The position numbers and the translations under genes were made by a program. 32,000 nucleotides of DNA from Zymomonas mobilis subsp. mobilis ATCC 10988 (lineage in GTDB: Bacteria; Pseudomonadota; Alphaproteobacteria; Sphingomonadales; Sphingomonadaceae). The notes beneath the pieces were generated by a model, which had not been told where the DNA came from, made no database searches, and saw only the letters and a program-made list of their open reading frames with translations. The stretch lies in NCBI RefSeq assembly GCF_000175255.2, contig NC_017262.1:1260001-1292000 (forward strand), read 5' to 3'. Below, piece after piece: positions 9,580 through 17,436 of the stretch (positions are counted from its first letter, which is position 1; each line of letters opens with the position of its first letter).

Positions 9580-9696
9580 TAGAAACAAGGCAAAACTGGT
9601 TACCAAATAATCTTTACTGCCCCGTTCTGTCCAAATTTTGCTTTCTTCTTTATGAAAAGGCGTTTTATTCGCTTGATGGCTATCGATGCTGCCCAT
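9580..9696 (-). pseudogene. 5' fragment (38 codons) of the IS-disrupted YnfM-family MFS gene
   Basis: ATG at 9696 reads MGSIDSHQANKTPFHKEESKIWTERGSKDYLVTSFALF up to the IS. Removing the IS and one target copy joins it in frame to LVGFITFSLLYCVQ. Confidence 0.75.
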
Positions 9697-9915
9697 CTTG
9701 TCCCCTATTCAGGATTTGATACCGTTTGGTAACCGGTTCGTTTTTAAGAATGGGCAAAATAGAATTATCTGGATAGGGCGCAAATTGTAATATTAAATAG
9801 ATTTTGATTTAATTTTTTGACATGAAAATTATGGCTGACAGATAAAAAATAATAATTTCAAATCAAAATCAGCCATATATTTTTATTCTAAGCCCCTATG
9901 AAGAGGCTTTTTATT

Positions 9916-10800
9916 CTATTTTTTAAGCAAATTGAGCAACGTATGGCCAATCTTTGATGGATCAGGCGTCATCGCAATACCAGCCGATTCCATGGCTTCT
10001 ATTTTAGCAGCCGCACTGCCGGAATGACCGGAAACAATAGCCCCAGCATGTCCCATATGCCGCCCCGGAGGCGCAGAAACACCGGCAATAAATCCAGCTA
10101 CTGGTTTTTTGCGGCCTTTTCTGGCCTGCTCTTTCAAAAATTCGGCGGCATTCTCTTCATCCGAACCACCGATTTCACCAATCATGATAATGGATTCAGT
10201 TGCATCATCATCAAGGAACATGTCGAGAATATCGATGAAATTGGTGCCATTAACCGGATCACCACCGATTCCGACAGCCGTTGACTGTCCCAGACCCAAC
10301 TGGCTGGTTTGGAAAACGGCTTCATAGGTCAAGGTGCCAGAACGACTAACGATACCGACAGAACCTTTTTTGAAAATCGCACCCGGCATGATGCCGATAC
10401 GGGCGGAATCGGGGGTTAATAATCCCGGACTATTCGGGCCAATTAAACGCGATTTGGAACCGGTCAAAGCCCGTTTTACCCGCACCATATCCAAAATTGG
10501 AATACCTTCGGTGACCGTTACAATCAGCGGAATTTCCGCATCAATAGCTTCAAGAATAGCATCCCCTGCAAAAGCAGGCGGTACAAAAATCATGGAAGCA
10601 TCGGCACCGGTTTTTTGTTTTGCCTCGGCTACCGAATTGAAAATCGGCAGATCAAGATGGGTTTGCCCCCCTTTGCCTGGGGTCACACCACCGACCATTT
10701 TTGTGCCATAGGCCAAAGATTGGGCTGTATGATGGCTGCCTTGTTGGCCAGTGATGCCCTGCGTAATCACTTTGGTTGTCGCATTGGCAAGAATGGACAT
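9916..10800 (-). CDS. sucD: Succinate--CoA ligase (ADP-forming) subunit alpha
   Basis: Near-collinear with remembered E. coli SucD (MSIL...[41 protein letters not shown]). Start taken at ATG 10800 behind GGAG. The 14-codon 5' extension in the track overlaps a hairpin. Confidence 0.9.
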   Translation of the reverse strand: MSILANATTKVITQGITGQQGSHHTAQSLAYGTKMVGGVTPGKGGQTHLDLPIFNSVAEAKQKTGADASMIFVPPAFAGDAILEAIDAEIPLIVTVTEGIPILDMVRVKRALTGSKSRLIGPNSPGLLTPDSARIGIMPGAIFKKGSVGIVSRSGTLTYEAVFQTSQLGLGQSTAVGIGGDPVNGTNFIDILDMFLDDDATESIIMIGEIGGSDEENAAEFLKEQARKGRKKPVAGFIAGVSAPPGRHMGHAGAIVSGHSGSAAAKIEAMESAGIAMTPDPSKIGHTLLNLLKK

Positions 10801-10898
10801 CTGTTTTTTCTCCTGACCCGTAAAGGTCTGCGGTCTGCGCACAGACCTCGTGTTAATATTTTATATAATAGAGAATTAGGGATTAGTTTTCTGAATAA

Positions 10899-11285
10899 TT
10901 AGCTTATACTAGAATGAAAAGCGATTTTCAGAATTGAAAAGACCGCGATCGCTGCAAAAATTATCATGTAAAAATAGGCGGCTATCTGGAAATACAGCCC
11001 TGCTTTTGGAAAACGCTCCTCTGAAAACAGCTTATCCACAAAAGAGCAGGCATAGCCATAGGTCGATATGGCCAGAAAAATCATCGGCAAGGCGACTATG
11101 GTCTGGGCTACCCAACGTCTAATGACATTAAAATCATAGACCGGTAATTCCAGAAAAGAGACGATCAACCAAACATATAAAAGAAGATTAGCCGCCGCCG
11201 TGAGTTTTTTATAAAAATCGGTTCGATGGCTATCACGATAACGGTGATTTCCAGATAGCGGGCTGTCACTGTAAGAATTCATCAT
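10899..11285 (-). CDS. Small 3-TM membrane protein, SdhD-like (succinate dehydrogenase anchor-like), lacking the heme histidine
   Basis: Start ATG 11285 overlaps the upstream stop (TAATG). There are three hydrophobic helices. It shows weak collinearity with remembered E. coli SdhD (HDFILVRATAIVLTLYII vs TDFYKKLTAAANLLLYVW). Confidence 0.4.
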   Translation of the reverse strand: MMNSYSDSPLSGNHRYRDSHRTDFYKKLTAAANLLLYVWLIVSFLELPVYDFNVIRRWVAQTIVALPMIFLAISTYGYACSFVDKLFSEERFPKAGLYFQIAAYFYMIIFAAIAVFSILKIAFHSSIS

Positions 11286-11710
11286 TATGCCCCGAGAAAA
11301 ATAATGCCCCAAACCAGCAAGGTTAGAATAAGAGCGACCATATTTGTGGCAGAGTAAAAAAAGTAATTTTTATAAAGGGAAGGGCGTTGCAGCCGTTTAA
11401 GGGTATTAAGCCTTATTACAGACATCACATGATAGAAAAAACACCATGTGAGCATGACCCCTATAATACGGCTGATAATATTAACGGAAAAGGCAAAGCT
11501 GTTCTTATCAGGGCTATGAATAATATAATGCCAGAAGAGCGCATAATTTTCTGGACTGGTTGATACCGCTAATAACCATAGGGTAAAAAGCGGAAAACCA
11601 ATAAAAGCAATTGCCAGTGCCGTTAAGCGATGCAACAAAGTCGCCGTTCTTTGAAAGTCGGGCGATGCTGTCTTGCGAGAAGAGGAAGAAGAAGCCGTCG
11701 ACCGAGCCAC
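11285..11710 (-). CDS. Small 3-TM membrane protein, SdhC-like (cytochrome b556-subunit-like), lacking the heme histidine
   Basis: LLHRLTALAIAF..LWLLAVSTSPE...YHVMSVIRL compares with remembered E. coli SdhC ILHRVSGVITFV..LWLLGTSLSSPE...YHVVVGIRH. There are three predicted helices. Confidence 0.45.
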   Translation of the reverse strand: MARSTASSSSSRKTASPDFQRTATLLHRLTALAIAFIGFPLFTLWLLAVSTSPENYALFWHYIIHSPDKNSFAFSVNIISRIIGVMLTWCFFYHVMSVIRLNTLKRLQRPSLYKNYFFYSATNMVALILTLLVWGIIFLGA

Positions 11711-11827
11711 AAGAAATACTCCGATTAAACAGGGGAAATATCAAAAAATATCTTTTAGCTGATAGATGATATCAAGCAAATGATGAACTGTTTAAATTTT
11801 TAAAACACGAAATAGAAAAAGGATGGA

Positions 11828-12814
11828 TTGGGCGCCATGGGTAATAGAAAACAAGGGAATGGAGATATGATAACAGGATTCCCTTTTAACGCCCCTTGTA
11901 ACGGTAGCTGGAAACTGACTTTACCTTGCAGCAAAGACGAAGCGCAGGCGGTTGCTGATGGTGAAATTGGGGCTTTTGCCCTGCTGGATGAGCCGCCTGT
12001 TATTATGGTGACTGAACCTGATCCAGAACGCCCCGAAGAATGGCGTTTGGATGTCTATTTTGACCATGAACCAAAGGCTGAAGAAATTAAGTCTATACGG
12101 GCTTTGGCTCCGACTTCGGCCTTAGAAAAAGAAATTATAGAACATATCGAAGAAGAAGACTGGGTTGTTTTGTCCCAATCCGGACTGGAACCGGTTCGCG
12201 CCGGACGCTTTCTGGTCTGCACGCCCAGCAATGCGGTTGCGCCTGAAGAAGGCAAAAAGATGTTTGTTATTGATGCCGGACGGGCATTTGGTACCGGACA
12301 TCATGAAACAACAACTGGATGTTTGACGATGCTTGACCGGATGAAGAAGGCCGGTCAAAATTTTCATAATGTCGCCGATATCGGCACCGGCACGGGTTTA
12401 TTGGCCTTTGCCGCCCGCCATTTATGGCATTCCGCGCGCGTAATCGCTTCAGATATTGATCCGGTCGCTGTAGAAGTCGCCAAAGAAAACGCAGTCGTTA
12501 ACCATGTGCCTTTGGGCATGGGATGTCGGCAGGTTGAAATGGTTGTGGCTGCCGGTATGGATAATCGCCAATTAAAACGGCGTGCGCCCTATGATTTGTT
12601 GATTGCCAATATCTTGGCAGGGCCCTTGATTGAATTGGCACCGTCCTTTGTCCCAGCTTTACAGAAAGGTGGCTCTCTGATTCTTGCCGGGCTCGTTGCA
12701 GAGCAAGAGCAAGCCGTCTGTCGAGCCTATAAAAATTTGGGTATGCGTTTGGCTGATCGGGTTGTTTTGGGTGATTGGCCAACACTTCGCCTAGTGAAAC
12801 GGCCAAGATTCTAA
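11828..12814 (+). CDS. prmA: Ribosomal protein L11 methyltransferase
   Basis: PrmA layout with the SAM-binding DIGTGTGLLA motif and FGTGHHETT. The start is uncertain (TTG 11828, ATG 11837 or ATG 11867). Confidence 0.85.
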   Translation: MGAMGNRKQGNGDMITGFPFNAPCNGSWKLTLPCSKDEAQAVADGEIGAFALLDEPPVIMVTEPDPERPEEWRLDVYFDHEPKAEEIKSIRALAPTSALEKEIIEHIEEEDWVVLSQSGLEPVRAGRFLVCTPSNAVAPEEGKKMFVIDAGRAFGTGHHETTTGCLTMLDRMKKAGQNFHNVADIGTGTGLLAFAARHLWHSARVIASDIDPVAVEVAKENAVVNHVPLGMGCRQVEMVVAAGMDNRQLKRRAPYDLLIANILAGPLIELAPSFVPALQKGGSLILAGLVAEQEQAVCRAYKNLGMRLADRVVLGDWPTLRLVKRPRF

Positions 12815-12942
12815 AAAAATTGAGCTTTTCTGATAAAAAATGCAAAAAAAGTAAAAAATAGACTGGACGGAAGGCGTTACTTGTGGCATCCGCGTTGACC
12901 TTAGCTGGTTATACAGCGAAACGCTTCAAGTAGCGCTTTTGT

Positions 12943-13029
12943 GCGGGTGTGGCGGAATTGGTAGACGCGACGGACTCAAAATCCGTTTCTAGCGATAGAG
13001 TGTCGGTTCGAGTCCGACCACCCGTACCA
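12943..13029 (+). tRNA. tRNA-Leu (anticodon CAA), class II, CCA encoded
   Basis: Folded by hand. Acceptor arms are GCGGGTG/CACCCGT. The anticodon stem ACGGA/TCCGT carries loop CTCAAAA. There is a long variable arm, and the T arm is GTCGG-TTCGAGT-CCGAC followed by ACCA. Confidence 0.9.
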
Positions 13030-13578
13030 AACACGTCGAGTTTATTTCTTTCCTTTAAAATTAAATAGATAGCTAAATACCCTAGCTATCCTGCGATCTG
13101 CTCCATATTTCCCTTATCTATATTCTTGTTTTGGTAGAGTTTTCTCTTCCTTCTTTAAAACTTTTTTCCAGAGTTTTAGACCCGCTAACCGCCAAAGCGA
13201 CATCTATAAATTCGCATCCTAATGAGAATATTAAAGACTTTGTAACAAAATTATCCCGTATCTTTTTTAGAATGATCTAATCTTGACAAAAGTCAGGTAA
13301 CAGAGCAGGGATGTCCATGTTTCAAAATGTTTCTAATGCCGAAATGATTTTGATTTTATCCGGCTTTTAGAATGTCCCAAATATGAGGCATTTTTCCAGC
13401 TGTTTTTGTCTAAGAAAGCCGATTGAAAGGCTGCCTTGGCTCCCCATAGATTCGGGAGAGATAGAATGATCAATAACGGCTTTTTTATTGCATATTCAAT
13501 AATGCAATCTTTTTATTATTACCCTTTTCTTGATCCAATCCGATAAAATTTACCTCATTTTTTATTAATTTATCGTAA

Positions 13579-13604
13579 ATTCATATTTTTTCTAAAATAT
13601 GAAT
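13579..13604. promoter_or_regulatory. Perfect 11-bp inverted repeat (candidate operator) upstream of the ABC operon promoter
   Basis: ATTCATATTTT - TTCT - AAAATATGAAT. It is flanked by a 10-bp direct repeat ATTTATCGTA at 13568-13577 and 13613-13622. Confidence 0.4.
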
Positions 13605-13622
13605 GATTTTATATTTATCGTA

Positions 13623-13652
13623 TTGAGTAAAATTAAGTTATTTTTCTATAAT
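13623..13652 (+). promoter_or_regulatory. Candidate sigma-70-type promoter of the ABC transporter operon
   Basis: TTGAGT (13623-13628), an 18-nt spacer, then TATAAT (13647-13652). This lies about 35 nt upstream of the ATG at 13687. Confidence 0.45.
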
Positions 13653-13686
13653 ATAGATAAGGTATGCTTATTTTATTCTATCATGG

Positions 13687-15456
13687 ATGATGAGGTCTAT
13701 TATGGTCTTTCTTCCTCATAATAGCATAGAGCCGCGTGCAAATCCGGCCTTTTCCCGTGTCCCAATATTGCCGAATATTTATGACTTGGTCGCGTTTACC
13801 TTGCTCGGCGGGGCTATTGCGCTTGTTGTCCATGGCACTTCTGATATGAGCGGCTCTTTAGCACTCTTGGAAAAACAGCCCATTTCTTTAGGGATTGGTC
13901 ATTTGCCAGAATATGCGTTGCGGACAACCCTGCGCATGTTTGCCGGTATTTTAATATCCTTGGTTTTTACCTTTGTGGTTGCCACTTTCGCGGCTAAAAA
14001 TCGCAGGGCAGGGCAAATTATTGTTCCGGCAATGGATATTTTGCAATCAGTGCCAGTTCTGGGCTTTCTGACCTTTACCGTGACGTTTTTCCTTCGGCTA
14101 TTCCCAGGGCAAGAAATCGGTGCTGAATGTGCATCTATCTTTGCTATTTTTACAAGCCAAGTCTGGAATATGGCTTTTTCATTCTATCAGTCACTGACCA
14201 GTATTCCGACTGATCTTGATGAGGTATGCCGTAGTTTTAAACTATCTGCATGGCAGCGTTTTTGGCGATTAGAAGCGCCTTTTGCCGCCCCCGGTTTGAT
14301 TTGGAATACGATGATGTCAATGTCGGGGGGATGGTTTTTTGTTGTCGCTTCCGAAGCCATCACCGTTGGGAATACGGATATTCGTTTACCGGGCATCGGG
14401 TCATATCTGGCGTTAGCGATCGATGAGAAAAACTTCTCCGCCATTGCCGCCGCTGTTTTGGCAATGGTCGTTATCATTCTTCTTTATAACCAGCTCTTAT
14501 TTCGACCTATTTTGGCTTGGGCTGAAAAATTCAAAGTTGAACAATCAACGAGCAAAGAAAAAGTCAATTCATGGGTCTATGACATTATTCGCCATACGCG
14601 TCTGATAAAGCGTTTATCAACTCCCTTTCTATGGATTGGCCAGCAATTGATGATGATCCGGTTTTCCTCGGCTGAAAATCAGGTCAATCCGGCTAATTCC
14701 GATACGCATAGTAAAATAGGGGATTATGTTTGGGGTTTTTGTGTCTTGTCCGCCATCCTTTGGGGTGGTTGGGTTACATTTGATTATTTACGTCAGGCAC
14801 TTTCTTGGCAGGATGTCTGGATATCTTTTAGCTGCGGCTTGATGACTTTACTGCGCGTAGCCGTATTAATTATGCTCGCCAGCCTGCTTTGGGTGCCAGT
14901 TGGCATCTGGATTGGACTCCGTCCATCCTTGGCACAGCATATCCAGCCCATTGCCCAATTTTTAGCGGCCTTTCCTGCCAATGTCCTATTTCCCTTTGTC
15001 GTCATTGCGATTGTTGTCACAGGTGCCAATCCCAATATTTGGCTTTCACCTTTGATGATTCTCGGCACGCAATGGTATATTCTGTTTAACGTTATTGCCG
15101 GAGCCGCTTCTTTCCCGACAGATTTAAAGGAAGCTGTCGCCGTCTATCAAATACGGTCGTGGACATGGTGGCGTCGGGTCATGTTACCGGGTATTTTCCC
15201 TTATTATATTACGGGCGCTTTAACCGCGACTGGCGGTTCTTGGAATGCCAGCATTGTTGCCGAGGTCGCTAGTTGGGGCAACACTCAACTCGAAGCCTAT
15301 GGCCTTGGTGCTTATATTGCTAACGCGACAACCGCAGGCGATGTCCGACGGGTTGTCCTTGGCATTGTTGTCATGGCCTTTTTCGTTACCTTTTTTAACC
15401 GGATCCTTTGGCGGCCGCTTTATGCCTTTGCCGAGCGTCGTATCCGTTTCAATTAA
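13687..15456 (+). CDS. ABC transporter permease with two fused BPD-type transmembrane domains (NitT/TauT-like, 'duplicated permease')
   Basis: 589 aa and highly hydrophobic, with two EAA-loop regions (LDEVCRSFKLSAWQRFWRLEAPFAAPG and LKEAVAVYQIRSWTWWRRVMLPGIFP). Confidence 0.8.
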   Translation: MMRSIMVFLPHNSIEPRANPAFSRVPILPNIYDLVAFTLLGGAIALVVHGTSDMSGSLALLEKQPISLGIGHLPEYALRTTLRMFAGILISLVFTFVVATFAAKNRRAGQIIVPAMDILQSVPVLGFLTFTVTFFLRLFPGQEIGAECASIFAIFTSQVWNMAFSFYQSLTSIPTDLDEVCRSFKLSAWQRFWRLEAPFAAPGLIWNTMMSMSGGWFFVVASEAITVGNTDIRLPGIGSYLALAIDEKNFSAIAAAVLAMVVIILLYNQLLFRPILAWAEKFKVEQSTSKEKVNSWVYDIIRHTRLIKRLSTPFLWIGQQLMMIRFSSAENQVNPANSDTHSKIGDYVWGFCVLSAILWGGWVTFDYLRQALSWQDVWISFSCGLMTLLRVAVLIMLASLLWVPVGIWIGLRPSLAQHIQPIAQFLAAFPANVLFPFVVIAIVVTGANPNIWLSPLMILGTQWYILFNVIAGAASFPTDLKEAVAVYQIRSWTWWRRVMLPGIFPYYITGALTATGGSWNASIVAEVASWGNTQLEAYGLGAYIANATTAGDVRRVVLGIVVMAFFVTFFNRILWRPLYAFAERRIRFN

Positions 15457-15482
15457 AAGCCTTTCCTGATGGGAGCTTGGTT

Positions 15483-16802
15483 ATGGATAATTCTGTCCTT
15501 GTTAAAAATCCGCCACTCGTTTCAGTGCAAGATGTCTGTCAGAGCTATGACAATGGAACATCTGGCCAAATCACTGTGCTGGATAACATCAATATGGAAC
15601 TCCGTCGGGGTGAAATCGTCGGGTTATTGGGGCGTTCTGGATCTGGGAAATCAACCCTTTTGCGGGCTATTGCGGGGCTTATTCAGCCGACGAAAGGCAC
15701 GGTTACTTTTGAAGGTAAACTGATTTCAGGAACATCTTCCGATGTCGCTGTGGTCTTTCAGAATTTTGCGCTTTTTCCTTGGCTAACGGTTCTTGAAAAT
15801 GTTGAAATCGGTCTGGAGGCGAGGGGTATCAAACCGGCAGAGCGGCGGCGGCAAGCCTTGTCCGCTATCGATCTGATTGGCCTTGATGGTTACGAGAGTG
15901 CTTATCCTAAAGAATTGTCTGGAGGTATGCGCCAGCGGGTTGGATTGGCACGCGCTCTTGTCGTTCATCCTAAACTTTTATTGATGGATGAACCTTTTTC
16001 TGCCTTGGACGTGCTGACTTCCGAAACGTTACGGAATGATTTACTTGATCTTTGGTCAGAAGGCCGAATGCCAATAGAAGCCATTCTGATGGTGACGCAT
16101 AATATCGAAGATGCGGTATTGATGTGTGACCATATTTTGATTTTTGGATCAAATCCGGGGCATATCATTGGAGAAATCCATGTTGATTTACCTCAGCCCA
16201 GAAATCGGCTTGATCCTGCTTTCAGAGAGATTTTAGAAGAAATTTATTCTCTGATGACCTCAAAAACGGATGGCACCGCTACGCTTCCTTCCGAACCTTT
16301 TGTCGGCAATGGTATCGCTATTGTCTTGCCCAAGGTCTCGGTTAACGAATTGGCTGGTTTGATCGAAACGATTGCCGCACCTCCCTATAACGGCAAGGCT
16401 GACCTTCCCCCTCTTGCAGCCAGTCTGCGCCTTGAAATTGACGATTTATTTCCGGTTGGTGAAACGCTGCAATTATTGCGTTTTGTCGAGATGGAAAAAG
16501 GCGATATCCGTCTTACGCCTTTGGGACAGCGTTTTGTCGAAAGCGAGCTTGACGATCGTAAGCATCTCTTTTCGCAACAGCTTTCCGTCTATGTGCCATT
16601 GGCGGCTCATATTCGTTGTATCTTGGATGAAAGGCCTAGCCACAAAGCCTCGGCACAACGTTTCCGTGAGGAGCTTCAGGATTACATGTCAGAAGAGGCT
16701 GCCAATGATACGATCAAGGCAGTTACTAGTATGGCACGCTATGCTGAATATTTCGCCTATGATGAAGAATCCGATCTATTTACCTTGGATAATCCAAGCT
16801 AA
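15483..16802 (+). CDS. ABC transporter ATP-binding protein (NitT/TauT family) with a ~190-aa C-terminal accessory domain
   Basis: Start ATG 15483 sits behind GGGAG. Motifs present are GRSGSGKST, LSGGMRQR, LLLMDEPFSALD and VTHNIEDA. An extra non-ABC domain runs from about residue 250 onward. Confidence 0.85.
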   Translation: MDNSVLVKNPPLVSVQDVCQSYDNGTSGQITVLDNINMELRRGEIVGLLGRSGSGKSTLLRAIAGLIQPTKGTVTFEGKLISGTSSDVAVVFQNFALFPWLTVLENVEIGLEARGIKPAERRRQALSAIDLIGLDGYESAYPKELSGGMRQRVGLARALVVHPKLLLMDEPFSALDVLTSETLRNDLLDLWSEGRMPIEAILMVTHNIEDAVLMCDHILIFGSNPGHIIGEIHVDLPQPRNRLDPAFREILEEIYSLMTSKTDGTATLPSEPFVGNGIAIVLPKVSVNELAGLIETIAAPPYNGKADLPPLAASLRLEIDDLFPVGETLQLLRFVEMEKGDIRLTPLGQRFVESELDDRKHLFSQQLSVYVPLAAHIRCILDERPSHKASAQRFREELQDYMSEEAANDTIKAVTSMARYAEYFAYDEESDLFTLDNPS

Positions 16803-16983
16803 GCCACTTTTTCTTTGAGGGTAGAGGGCAGGTATCATTCTACCGGACAGGATAGATAACTGTCCTTACCCCAGCCGTTTTTTCTGTAACAAGCCAAACC
16901 GATGTAACGGTCATTTATTTCTATTTTATCAGAATTATGATCGGGATGTCTTAACCACCCGATTGAAAAAGAGACCGTATTTT

Positions 16984-17436
16984 ATGGCTTTCAAGCTATT
17001 TATTTATGAGCATTGCCCCTTCTGTGTCAAAGCGCGCATGATTTTTGGCCTGAAAAACATTGATTTCGAAAAAATAGTCTTATTGAATGACAATGAAACT
17101 GATCCTATACGGATGATTGGCAAAAAAATGTTGCCGATTTTAGAAGACGATGGCCGCTTTATCGCCGAAAGTATGGATATTGTGGCTCATATTGACCATT
17201 TAGGCACGCCTATTGTTACCGGAAGAAATTCATCCAAGATTGCAAACTGGCTGGAACGGGTGACGCCTCTATTCTCTTCTTTGATTATTCCGAGAATAGC
17301 CTGCGCGCCTTTTGAGGATTTTGCGACCACTGCCGCGCGCGCTTATTTCATTTCCAAGAAAGAAGCCCAGACAGGGCTTTTTAGCCGTTGGCTAGGGGAA
17401 AGTGAATCCTTACGCGAAGAAATGAATCTGTTGCTA
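16984..17436 (+). pseudogene. grxB: Glutaredoxin 2, 5' portion, interrupted by an IS
   Basis: MAFKLFIYEHCPFCVKARMIFGLKNIDFEKIVLLNDNE..MLPIL compares with remembered E. coli GrxB MKLYIYDHCPYCLKARMIFGLKNIPVELHVLLNDD. The last 7 codons of the track ORF are IS sequence. Confidence 0.85.

Noticed and set aside
9399-9719. 106-aa + strand ORF spanning the IS copy 1 end and its flank
   Set aside because: It lies antisense to the transposase and to the MFS 5' fragment, crosses the IS boundary, and has no RBS or recognisable motifs.
10334-10711. Antisense ORFs inside sucD. Similar ones occur inside hrpB, uvrD, trpA/trpB, accD, folC, ampG and the symporter gene.
   Set aside because: All lie opposite strongly recognisable conserved genes. 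They lack RBSs and have odd composition, which is typical of spurious six-frame ORFs.
10801-10842. 14-codon 5' extension of sucD in the ORF track ([14 protein letters not shown])
   Set aside because: ATG 10800 has a GGAG RBS and reproduces the canonical MSIL... SucD N-terminus. The extension overlaps the GGTCTG hairpin.
12943-13686. tRNA-Leu followed by a long AT-rich spacer, considered as the edge of an integrated genomic island
   Set aside because: There is no integrase. I could find no direct repeat of the tRNA 3' end by eye. The downstream genes (ABC transporter, grxB, uvrD) look like core genes with ordinary composition.
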